From the NCBI GenBank assembly GCA_963848135.1, contig CAWKCK010000002.1:1-64000 (forward strand): DNA of 64,000 nucleotides, read 5' to 3'. Each line of letters begins with the position of its first letter. The first letter of the stretch is position 1. Origin of the DNA: an uncultured delta proteobacterium (GTDB taxonomy: Bacteria > Desulfobacterota > Desulfobacteria > Desulfobacterales > SG8-13). The notes beneath the pieces were generated by a model, which was not told the origin of the DNA, did no database searches, and worked only from the letters and a program-made list of their open reading frames with translations. Of the stretch, positions 12,264-20,910 are shown piece after piece. The position numbers and the translations under genes were made by a program.

Positions 12264-13290
12264 AGGTCTTTAGCAAAGTGCAAAGAGCGAAGAGCATAGT
12301 ACGTAGCGCAACTTTTACCACCATTAGATAAACATCCTTGACGAATGATCGCGACCAATTTCGAGTAAATCGTTTATATGACCCGTTGAGCAAGCAACGT
12401 GTCATCTTAATTATTGATGATACTTTGAATTCAACGGGGTTACGCACATTTGTGAAATTAATATATTCATCGATTAACGCAATTCGCTTGCGTGCTTCCG
12501 CTTCATTAAAGAGATAATATTGGCGATTAGACAATAACATTATTTTTAGCACATAAAGTTTTTCAATTCTACTTTCAATTCTACGTTCTAAATTGAATTT
12601 TGACTTGGACTGCTGGTGCTTATAGCCTACGTGCTGTGCCGGATGTTGTCTATATAGTGTCAGAACATCCGGAATCAGCATTAGTTTGCCGAGACTCATA
12701 GCTACTGTAGCAACTTTCTCCTCAAACCAAAAATTCTGAACACTTCCAAGAAGTTGATCAGTCAAAAGGTCTTTTACCGTAGATCGAAAAGCCAGTGTGT
12801 GTGCGTCGAGAGGAAGGCCAACTAAGAATTGGCGAAAATCATCCTTTATAGACAGCGAGGCAAGTTTAAATGATATATTTTCGTTACCGCGTAATGTTCT
12901 CCCTGTCCGACCCAGAGATATATCAACAATTGCACTATCCGACGAAACAATAGAAACATCTTCGAATCTTAGAAAAATATCGTGGATTGATTGTATTTTA
13001 TTTGGCAGCCAAACATCATCATGATCACCAACAACTATAATTTCGCCAGACGTGTGATTTAATGCATTGAGATAATTCGCAGAAATTCCAGTCTGCGTAT
13101 GCCTAGTCAGTTTAATCGGGCAAGGAGAAGATTTGATATAAGCTTTTACTATTTCGATGGTGCCATCGCTTGATTCATCATCTGAAATAACAATTTCGAA
13201 GGGCAACATTGACTGTGTTGTAATACTATCCAGCGTTTCGGCGATGTAGTTTGCACCCTGACACGTCGGGATAATGACTGATACTCGCAT
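12256..13290 (-). CDS. Glycosyltransferase family 2 located between wzm and wzt
   Basis: MRVSVIIPTC start at 13290; ISDDESSDGT and GDHDDVW motifs. The ORF-track extension to 13377 runs into the IS end. Confidence 0.9.
   Translation of the reverse strand: MRVSVIIPTCQGANYIAETLDSITTQSMLPFEIVISDDESSDGTIEIVKAYIKSSPCPIKLTRHTQTGISANYLNALNHTSGEIIVVGDHDDVWLPNKIQSIHDIFLRFEDVSIVSSDSAIVDISLGRTGRTLRGNENISFKLASLSIKDDFRQFLVGLPLDAHTLAFRSTVKDLLTDQLLGSVQNFWFEEKVATVAMSLGKLMLIPDVLTLYRQHPAQHVGYKHQQSKSKFNLERRIESRIEKLYVLKIMLLSNRQYYLFNEAEARKRIALIDEYINFTNVRNPVEFKVSSIIKMTRCLLNGSYKRFTRNWSRSFVKDVYLMVVKVALRTMLFALCTLLKTYE
12276..12310 (+). repeat. 7-bp-period array (5 degenerate units)
   Basis: AAGTGCA AAGAGCG AAGAGCA TAGTACG TAGCGCA. 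Confidence 0.65.
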
Positions 13291-13312
13291 TCTCTTAGTT
13301 CTCTGTGTATAC

Positions 13313-14737
13313 GAGACCTTTGCATAACCCCCAGAAAAACATCTTGTGACCAAGCTCTTCTCTTTAAAATTTTGCAAATAAAACCCTTTAAATATCTATT
13401 ATTATTGCTTATTACTTGTTTTTTCCTTCCTTTTGTGCCATACATTTCATAATTACAACCATTTGGAGGATTGTATGGGCTACAAGAAAATGAAAAAAAA
13501 TTTAGGATTCGCCGATTTTGCTCTCTCCAGTTCCCTCAAACATAACCGCAGTCTTAAACTAATGGATAAATTTTCTAATTCCCTCGACTGGTCCAGGATC
13601 GATTCGGTCCTGATGAACCATTACACTGTCGGCACCAGCGGAGAAGGTGCCGATGCCTACCCGCCTCTTCTGCTCTTTAAATGCCTGATGCTCCAGAAGT
13701 GGTTCCGCATCAACTCCGACCCCGAGTTGGAAAACCAAATCAACGACCGGCTGTCGTTTAAAAAATTCCTCGGCCTGCCCTTGAGCAAACCCTCCCCGGA
13801 TCACTCCACCTTCTCGCGCTTCAGATCCAGATTGTCCAAACAAGCCATGGACCAGCTCAACTCGGAAATCCTGCGTCAATTTGAAGGCCGGGGGCTCACT
13901 ATCAATAAAGGCGTTGCTGTGGATGCCAGGCTTGTTAAATCCGCCAGTCGGCCCCTCAGCAATGATCAACTCAAAGAAGTTAGAGAACAACGAAATACTC
14001 CTGAAGGAAAACTCGATAAAAACGGCAATACCAGAAAGTTCTCAAGAGACCTCGATTCGAATTGAGTCGTGCAAAACGATGAACCGCACTACGGCCTTAA
14101 AGAACATGCCTCTGTCGATACCAAACATGGCTTTATTCTGGCTACCACCATGACTCCGGCTTCCGTGCATGATACCAACTACTTGCCCTATTGTACCGTT
14201 TACAGCCACCACACCAAACAGCCTATCGAAAAAGTATATGCCGACAAAGGATATGCTGGTAAGCCCAACCGGGACTTCCTGGCCCTTAATGAAATCGCCG
14301 ATGGAATTATGCGAAAGGACTCGACTACGGCCAAAATCACTGAATATGAAATAGAGCGAAACACAAAAATATCAAAAGTCAGATATATCGTTGAACAATA
14401 CTTTGGAATCAGTCACCTGCACGATGGAGCTAAAAGAGCAAGATTTACTACCATCGCAAAAAACAATTTCGATGCTTGGTGTCGCCAGGCGGCCTATAAT
14501 ATCCGCAAGGGATTAAAGATCCGGAAGGTCGCTACCGTATAAGGTGGATAGGTGCGCCCGGGGGTGGATAAAACCTGTGGGCCAGCTTGAAAACGATCTT
14601 GTAACACCTATTTAATGCCAGAAAAAACGTAATTTTCATGAACAAATTCTAATATCAGACTGAATTTTATCTCACTTTAGTAAAAAATTTGACAGAAATC
14701 ATAAAATCGGTAATCTAACCAAATTTTCAAAGCTCTC
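13313..14737 (+). mobile_element. IS5-family element (IS1106-like ends)
   Basis: Left end GAGACCTTTGCATAA; right end reverse complement GAGAGCTTTGAAAAT; TATAC directly repeated at 13308..13312 and 14738..14742. Confidence 0.9.
13475..14542 (+). pseudogene. IS5-family transposase with an in-frame TGA at 14063..14065
   Basis: SPDHSTFSRFR, VDARLV, YADKGY and RYIVEQYF motifs; ORFs 13433..14065 and 14069..14542 share one frame. Confidence 0.9.
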
Positions 14738-15179
14738 TATACGTAAGGAGTTAAACGAGCGGTAGCCGTCACACAATCACCTGCTGGTGAAGGCAATAAT
14801 ATTAGGAAAGGGTTTAAGATCCTAAAGTATGCGACTACAAAAGCTATAGAGTCGCGCCCAGATTGAATGAAGCACTTGGGATACCCATAAAATGCCTATT
14901 TATTGCCGATTTAGGTCTGGAAAATGTTTTCTATAATCTAATTATGATACTACGCAAAAATTTATCTCGTTTTTCTTAAAAATTTGACAAGATTTCTTTA
15001 ATCTGTAGTCTTTCTAAATTTTCAAAACATTCTCTGAGAGTATAGAGAACAAAGAAATATGTTTTAATTGTCAAATTGGTTTGATTAGTTGAGTTGTTCT
15101 TTTATTGAAACAGAAGAATCCTTTAATTTACAATCAAATACTTCAAAATAGACTGTTAAAAAATGTGACGAATGATCTT

Positions 15180-15207
15180 ATCGCTATGCTCCATGCCCTT
15201 TGCAATC
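15180..15207 (-). repeat. 7-bp-period array (3-4 units) just after the wzm stop
   Basis: Minus strand AAGGGCA TGGAGCA TAGCGAT. Confidence 0.6.
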
Positions 15208-15215
15208 TGACTTTG

Positions 15216-16042
15216 TCAGATCACATCCGCAAATTCATCCTCCATTCGTCTGAAATAAAACAGACCGGCAAAAAGGACGGCAAAAGAGAAGAGGGCGGTG
15301 ATGAGGATCTTTTGCCAGTCCATATCACCAACACCCAAAAGCGACCAGCGGAAACCTTGGATGATCCAGGTCATGGGGTTGAGATAAAAAGATCCATGTC
15401 AATTTTGGTGGAATGTTCTCAATGCCGTAGGCCACAGGGGTGACCCAGAACCAGAGCTGAACCATAAACGGTAGGGCATGGGCCAGGTCGCGATACTTAA
15501 CGGCAATGGCCGAGAAAAACAGGCCCAGGCCCAGGGTCAATGCAAGCCCGAGAAAAAGAAAGACAGGAAACAGGACGATCTCCCAGCCCGGGAAGAATGC
15601 CGTAGCACAGCATAATGACCAGGAAAATGCCAAAGGATATGACAAAATCGACACATCCGGTGCCAAGGGACGAAAGGGGAATGGCCAGGCGCGGGAAATA
15701 GACCTTGGTGATGAGATTGGCATTTCCGACGATGCTGTTGGTGGAACTGGACAGGCTGGTGGAGAAAAATCCCCAGGCCACGATGCCGCAGAAGGTAAAG
15801 AGAATATAGGGCTGGCCGCTGCTGGAGAGGTTGGCCACCTTGCCGAAAACCAGGGTGTAGATCAGGGCCTGGGAGATGGGTTTTGCCAAAGCCCAGGCGA
15901 TGCCAAAGAAGGCCTGTTTGTACAGGGCCATAATGTTACGCCAGGCCAGAAAACCGATGAGTTCCCTGTATTGCCAGAGTTCTTTCAGGTCGAGGGAAAC
16001 CCAGCCTTTGGAGGGTTCGATGAGGATGGTTGTTTTTTGCAA
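15216..16042 (-). pseudogene. wzm: Polysaccharide ABC transporter permease, frameshifted
   Basis: LKELWQYRELI, YKQAFFGIAW, LITKVYFPR, KYRDLAHALP and C-terminal EDEFADVI* spread over three frames. Confidence 0.87.
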
Positions 16043-16062
16043 CTTGAATGCTAAAATCGTCA

Positions 16063-16090
16063 GAGCGCAAAGCGCATGGCGCAGAGCGTG
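16063..16090 (+). repeat. 7-bp-period array (4 units) just upstream of wzm
   Basis: GAGCGCA AAGCGCA TGGCGCA GAGCGTG. Confidence 0.75.
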
Positions 16091-16519
16091 AAGGGTTGGT
16101 TAAAGTAGGTAATGTATAGTGAAAGTTTTAAGTGTTGCATAACGAATCGCATAGAGCATAGTTTAAAGGTTGTAGTAGTTATGATCAACGTAAATGGTAA
16201 TTTTCGCAAAGATCAAGATCACGATAAGGTTCTGTTTTTCATAAGTTCCAATTTTCCATTCAGAACGTTGAGTGACGTGCTTATTAATAAATTGGCAAAT
16301 TCTTTTTTGAGTGAGCTACCTTCTGCAATTTCCTAATGCTATTCCTGGCCGAACTGTCAAGATCTTACAAATTCTTTTTTTATAGTCGGCATATCAGTAA
16401 GGTTTCATTGCTAGGAGAGTTCAATGTTTCCAACATTGAAGAATCTCTCAAAGCCAATTTTACAAATATGAATTAAACTTCATTTCAACACTAATCGAAC
16501 AAATATAACAAGCATGCAA

Positions 16520-17848
16520 TTATCGCTCTGCCCTATGCTCTATGCCCTCTGCGCTTAGCGCCATGCGCTCTGCCCTATGCGCCATCCGCTTTGCGCTTTC
16601 CGGCACGGGTAATGCCACAATGGCGGCGAGAACGGTGAACAAGATCGCATTGGCCGGGATGTGGAGGTTGAAATCGAAAATGCTGTAAAACAAGATGGCG
16701 GATATTCCTGACAACGCTCCAATGGTTGTGCCCCTTACCAGGCGGCTCGGATGGGCCAGCTTGGTAATACCTTTTTGAATAGAGCCCGACAATCATCCAG
16801 GCCATGATAACGATCAATGGAATACCGGCTTCGGAGATGAAATGAAGGTAGTCGTTGTGGGCCATGTAATAGCGACCCAGAATTCCCGGTGGCTGGTACT
16901 GGGTAAATATGGTGGCATAGGTTCCGGGGCCTGAACCGAGGAAGGGGTAATCTGAGATCATTTGGGCCGTGTGCCGCCAGACCAGGATTCGCGATTGAAG
17001 GCTTGCGTCTTCGGAGGTTTCTTTAAGGGTCAGGACTTCCTCGACGGCCGGTGTGCTGAGCAGAAAAACAAAACCGATAATAAAAAGGCCACCGGCCATT
17101 AACAGGAGAGTTTTTTTCGAAAAAATGTGACGTTTCGAGGCGAATAGAAGGGTGCCACCCATGAAGGCCATGCCAACAAACGCACTCATCCAGCCGCCCC
17201 TTGAAAGCGCGAACAATAGGGCCAACAAGATAAAAAAAGTGAATAGACCGTTGAAAATCTTTTGGGATTCCTTAAGGCCAGTAAAAAACATTCCCAGGCA
17301 GACCGGAAGAGCCATTGCGAGATATCCGGCAAAATGATTGGGATTGCCGAAGGTCGAAGACGAATTGGCGATTTCGCGATTGAGGCTGATGTCATAATCC
17401 CACCAAGGAAATGGATTGGCACCGGATTTTTTGATCAGACCGAATATCGACAGGAAAACAGGCCACGAATATGATGACTTGCAGAAGATGCCGCAGTTGA
17501 CTGCGTGTTGTTATTGAATGGATGGTCAGATAGAAAACGGCAATATAGTTTACGAGCAAGCCGAGTGACCAATAACTAACATACCTGTCGAGTCGAGAAT
17601 AGTGTCGACAAAAGAACGACAATCAGCAAGATGGCCAATGGTATATCGATGGGTGTTCTTATCCATTGCCATTCCCATGTAACGATTTTGTCGATGAAAT
17701 AGGCTGTAAGGGCAATTAAGGTGATGATGTGAATGACCATCATGGCCCATGTCGGGGCGGATCCCACGGCCAGGGGGGTGAAGATGAGGAGGGCGTATAT
17801 ACAAAATTGCGTGATACCTCCTAATATTTTATGAATTTTTTTTTGCAT
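16520..17848 (-). pseudogene. O-antigen ligase (Wzy_C) family protein with several frameshifts
   Basis: GNPNHFAGYL, LSRGGW, GSGPGTY, AHNDYL and FDFNLHIPANA motifs over several ORF pieces. Confidence 0.85.
16522..16598 (-). repeat. 7-bp-period tandem array, 11 units, consensus about (T/G/A)AG(C/G)GCA
   Basis: Minus strand AAGCGCA AAGCGGA TGGCGCA TAGGGCA GAGCGCA TGGCGCT AAGCGCA GAGGGCA TAGAGCA TAGGGCA GAGCGAT. Confidence 0.88.
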
Positions 17849-17876
17849 ATGATTGCGATGGATAGATAATTATTTA

Positions 17877-18240
17877 TTCACCGCGAGCTCACGCCAGGAG
17901 AAGGGTAATTTTTACCCGACGGAGCGCAGATCAGATAAACCTTTACCCTCCGCGATCCTGCAAAAGATAAATGGAGAATATTTTTTTGCATTAGTGATAC
18001 ATTTTCCAAAATGGAAATGATTTCACTGCCAAGGGACGTGAAGGCGGGTACGTAAAATATAAATAGTGCGCATCGGTAATAGAAACTATCATGTCTAGGC
18101 AATTTTTCGTCTTCCTTGAGTTTATTTATTCACCACAGAGCTCACAGAGGCTACGGAGAAGGGTAGATTTTTACCCGGATCGGGAGGTGCCGATCCAGGT
18201 AAACCGCTCAGCCGCTTCGAGGCAATCCGAAATCACGCAA
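17877..18240. repeat. Two related REP-like structured elements (about 17877..17962 and 18129..18230)
   Basis: Both begin TTCACC-(G/A)C...GAGCTCAC...GGAGAAGGGTA...TTTTTACCCG and contain hairpins. Confidence 0.6.
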
Positions 18241-18252
18241 AAAAAGATTGGG

Positions 18253-18281
18253 TTGACAATATATCAGATCTGACATATTAT
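18253..18281 (+). promoter_or_regulatory. Sigma70 promoter with overlapping palindromic operator
   Basis: TTGACA (18253..18258), 17 bp, TATTAT (18276..18281); imperfect palindrome ATATCAGA/TCTGACAT in the spacer; ATG at 18289. Confidence 0.75.
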
Positions 18282-18288
18282 CAGCGAT

Positions 18289-18705
18289 ATGAACCCACAA
18301 GATAAACCCCTGGTATGGATGCACGGTGAAGTCGCCACCCCTCCCTTTTCTGCGAATGCTCGCATTGAAGCAGGATATTTGTTACGGCAAGTCCAAATGG
18401 AAAAGAGAAAAAAGAAAGATTTAGAATCTAAAGGTTATAAAATCGGATCAGTAGAAGAGTTTCTTGGACTGAGTACTGAAGAATCGGAATATATTGAGCT
18501 AAAGCTGGCACTCAGCGAAGCTCTCGCGAAACGCCGCAAAAAAAGCAATTTAACACAGGCACAGTTAGCCAAACTGCTGAAATCCAGTCAGTCAAGGGTC
18601 GCGAAAATGGAAAAGGGGGATCCAACCGTATCTGTTGACCTGCTCGTAAAATCATTGCTGGCTTTGGGTGCTGACAAGAAAAGTATCGCCAGAGCGATCG
18701 CCTGA
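18289..18705 (+). CDS. HigA-like XRE-HTH antitoxin carrying an in-frame 36-aa N-terminal stub of a HigB/RelE (Gp49-like) toxin
   Basis: KPLVWMHGEVATPPFSANARIEAGYLLRQVQ resembles the toxin N-terminus; LTQAQLAKLLKSSQSRVAKMEKG is an HTH. Confidence 0.8.
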   Translation: MNPQDKPLVWMHGEVATPPFSANARIEAGYLLRQVQMEKRKKKDLESKGYKIGSVEEFLGLSTEESEYIELKLALSEALAKRRKKSNLTQAQLAKLLKSSQSRVAKMEKGDPTVSVDLLVKSLLALGADKKSIARAIA

Positions 18706-18777
18706 CAAGTTTCAATGAAAGGTTCTTCTCCAATTTAGTTGGTATAGAAAAAATCATTGATTTGATTATATTTAATA

Positions 18778-18923
18778 GCCGCCCTCTCGCTGCGCTCATT
18801 CGACTGACGCAGACCATATCCGGCCGACCCCAGAGAAACAGGCTGCGCGTTTCACGGGGCAGGCGTGGCCGGATATTATTCCCGTTGCCCTTCGGGCAAA
18901 TCTAAAACCAAACGTTTTATTTC
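18778..18923 (+). repeat. 146-bp structured repeat, copy 1 (family C)
   Basis: Near-identical to 20597..20742 (GCCGCCCTCTCGCTGCGCTC...AAATCTAAAACCA.ACGTTTTATTTC). Confidence 0.92.
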
Positions 18924-19100
18924 AGCTTTGTTCCTTATTCATTTTGAATGTCTGCGTTTGTCTTGTTTGTCTGCGGCTAATTTATCAAAATTTCATCGTT
19001 TGATATAGCTCCGCCTGGTCAATTACATATAGAAAATTCAGTAACTAACCAGAAATACAATAAAATTAATTGCGTCTAAATGATTCTCAAACCCATTCAG

Positions 19101-19201
19101 TCTCTCGCAGAGCACGCGGAGGGTTTAGAGTCTTAAAAAATTTTCAAAAATATTCTCTGCGCTCTCTGCGCGCTCAAGCGACCACGGGAGCGGGTGTGAG
19201 A
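19101..19201. repeat. Palindromic REP-like element overlapping the 3' end of the TPR gene
   Basis: TCTCGCAGAGCACGCGGAG ... CTCTGCGCTCTCTGCG ... TGTGAGA arms around an AT-rich loop. Confidence 0.6.
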
Positions 19202-20566
19202 TAAGACACTATATGATATCTTTTTTGCGACACCTTTGTCTTTACCCATGCGTTTTCGTAGCTGAATAAAAACATTCTGGTAGTGTTTGTTCGTCGGTTC
19301 GAGCACGGTGGCTTTTTGGATATTTACTTCCATGGCATCCCAGTCTTTTTCGATCTCGGCAATTCGGGCCAGCCAGTAATAGGCACCTGCATTGGGTCGA
19401 TGTTCATTTACGACTATTAAGATGCGTTGGGCTTTGTCGAGTTGTTTCAGATCGATGAATTTTTTGGCCGCAATGATCTGCATTTCAGGAGACAGGAAAA
19501 AGTGATTTTCGATTTCGTTGTAAAACTGAGAAAATTCGTTCTGGTGGCTCCTGTCGTTGAATATTTTCGTTATGGCATCGAGGCTCTTTTCTTTGTCCGG
19601 GCTGATGGTCAATGCTCGAATAAAATTGACGATCGACTCTTCGGTTGAATCATCGTAGAGATACAGCCGACCGAGTTGGATATAATCCCTATCGGAAATT
19701 TCTCTTTGGTAAGACAGCGTTTCTTTGAAGTGCTCAATAGCCTCGGGCCAGTTTTGCTCGTCTGCCAGTGCGTATGACAGCGAACGATGGGCTTCTTTGA
19801 CGGCAATTTCCTCGTTGATGGCCTCTTGAAGCCCTTTCTTGACAGCCATGCGAACCTCGGGCGACCACATCGGCTCTCTTTTTAAAAGATCGTAAACTCC
19901 GGGATATATGCGGGCCAATGATTGGGCCGTTTGAATGAGGCTTTCATTTTGACCCATTTGGTGTAAATGGCGCGCCAGGGCAAAGTGATACGGGATGCCG
20001 TTCGGCTTGAGCTTGATGGCCGATTCAAAATAGGGGAGAGGGTTGTATGGGTTGTTGGGGTTATCGGGATAGAGATATGGATAGAGTTGTTGCATCCGGC
20101 CTTCAGACTTTGCGAGCCCGATGACGGCGGCTGCATCCAAAGAATTGAGTTGGTTCGCTTCCAAATACGCTTTCCTGGACCGTTCGGCATACATAAAAGC
20201 TCTTTGAATCGAATCTTCCTGCTCCCCGATCGTACTATAGATCTCACCTATTTTTCGCCAGAAAATGATGTCGTTTGGCTGGTAGCTTATGGCCTTTTTC
20301 AGGTTTTGAACCGCAATCCAGTGGTGGTTGTCTTTATATGCTGAAATGGCCTTGGTGTAATAGATTTGAGACCCCAACCGTTTACCCACCAAGGCAAACA
20401 GGGTTCCCGATAGTGCGAGAACAACAATGCCCAACACCAATCGCAGCCAAAGGGAAGGGGGGGTGTTTTTGACTTTGGCCTCAGTTGTGCGGTGAACTCG
20501 GCTGGTTGGCGTAAGTTCGGTCATGACGCTATCCGTGTAAAAATCACTCTCGATTCCCCTTTTCAT
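19133..20566 (-). CDS. Membrane-anchored tetratricopeptide-repeat protein
   Basis: 477 aa, one N-terminal TM segment, repeated TPR-like helices (AISYQPND, AIKLKPNG, ATVLEPTN). Confidence 0.85.
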   Translation of the reverse strand: MKRGIESDFYTDSVMTELTPTSRVHRTTEAKVKNTPPSLWLRLVLGIVVLALSGTLFALVGKRLGSQIYYTKAISAYKDNHHWIAVQNLKKAISYQPNDIIFWRKIGEIYSTIGEQEDSIQRAFMYAERSRKAYLEANQLNSLDAAAVIGLAKSEGRMQQLYPYLYPDNPNNPYNPLPYFESAIKLKPNGIPYHFALARHLHQMGQNESLIQTAQSLARIYPGVYDLLKREPMWSPEVRMAVKKGLQEAINEEIAVKEAHRSLSYALADEQNWPEAIEHFKETLSYQREISDRDYIQLGRLYLYDDSTEESIVNFIRALTISPDKEKSLDAITKIFNDRSHQNEFSQFYNEIENHFFLSPEMQIIAAKKFIDLKQLDKAQRILIVVNEHRPNAGAYYWLARIAEIEKDWDAMEVNIQKATVLEPTNKHYQNVFIQLRKRMGKDKGVAKKISYSVLSHTRSRGRLSAQRAQRIFLKIF

Positions 20567-20596
20567 AAGGAGAATTTGATTTGATTATTTATAACG

Positions 20597-20742
20597 GCCG
20601 CCCTCTCGCTGCGCTCGTTCGACTGACGCAGACCATATCCGGCCGACCCCAGAGAAACAGGCTGCGCGTTTCACGGGGCAGGCGTGGCCGGATATTATTC
20701 CCGTTGCCCTTCGGGCAAATCTAAAACCATACGTTTTATTTC
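20597..20742 (+). repeat. 146-bp structured repeat, copy 2 (family C)
   Basis: Direct repeat of 18778..18923. Confidence 0.92.
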
Positions 20743-20748
20743 TGACTT

Positions 20749-20910
20749 GTTCCTTTCCAGAAATGAGCAATTTTTCGCAAGTTCAAGGAAATTGGCGGCA
20801 TTGAGCGGATGCATACTCTCTCGTACGCCGCACAAACAGATTCCAGGCCTGTCACGCCCAAGGTGTGATTGAACCGAAATTGTGGCAAAGGACTATTTAC
20901 GGACGGAATC
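20749..20910 (-). mobile_element. Degenerate inverted copy of MITE family A, overlapping the wzc stop codon
   Basis: CAGAAATGAGC...GCAAGTTCAAGGAAA...GCCGCACAA...CCGAAATTG...GGACGGAA aligns with the reverse complement of 44416..44558. Confidence 0.75.

Noticed and set aside
14063..14065. In-frame TGA in the IS5 transposase as selenocysteine or recoding
   Set aside because: A Trp-to-stop change or base error is simpler; other genes here use TGA as a normal stop.
14743..15180. Gene in the AT-rich spacer (also 16095..16520)
   Set aside because: No convincing ORF or motif was found; these may be decayed cargo but cannot be called.
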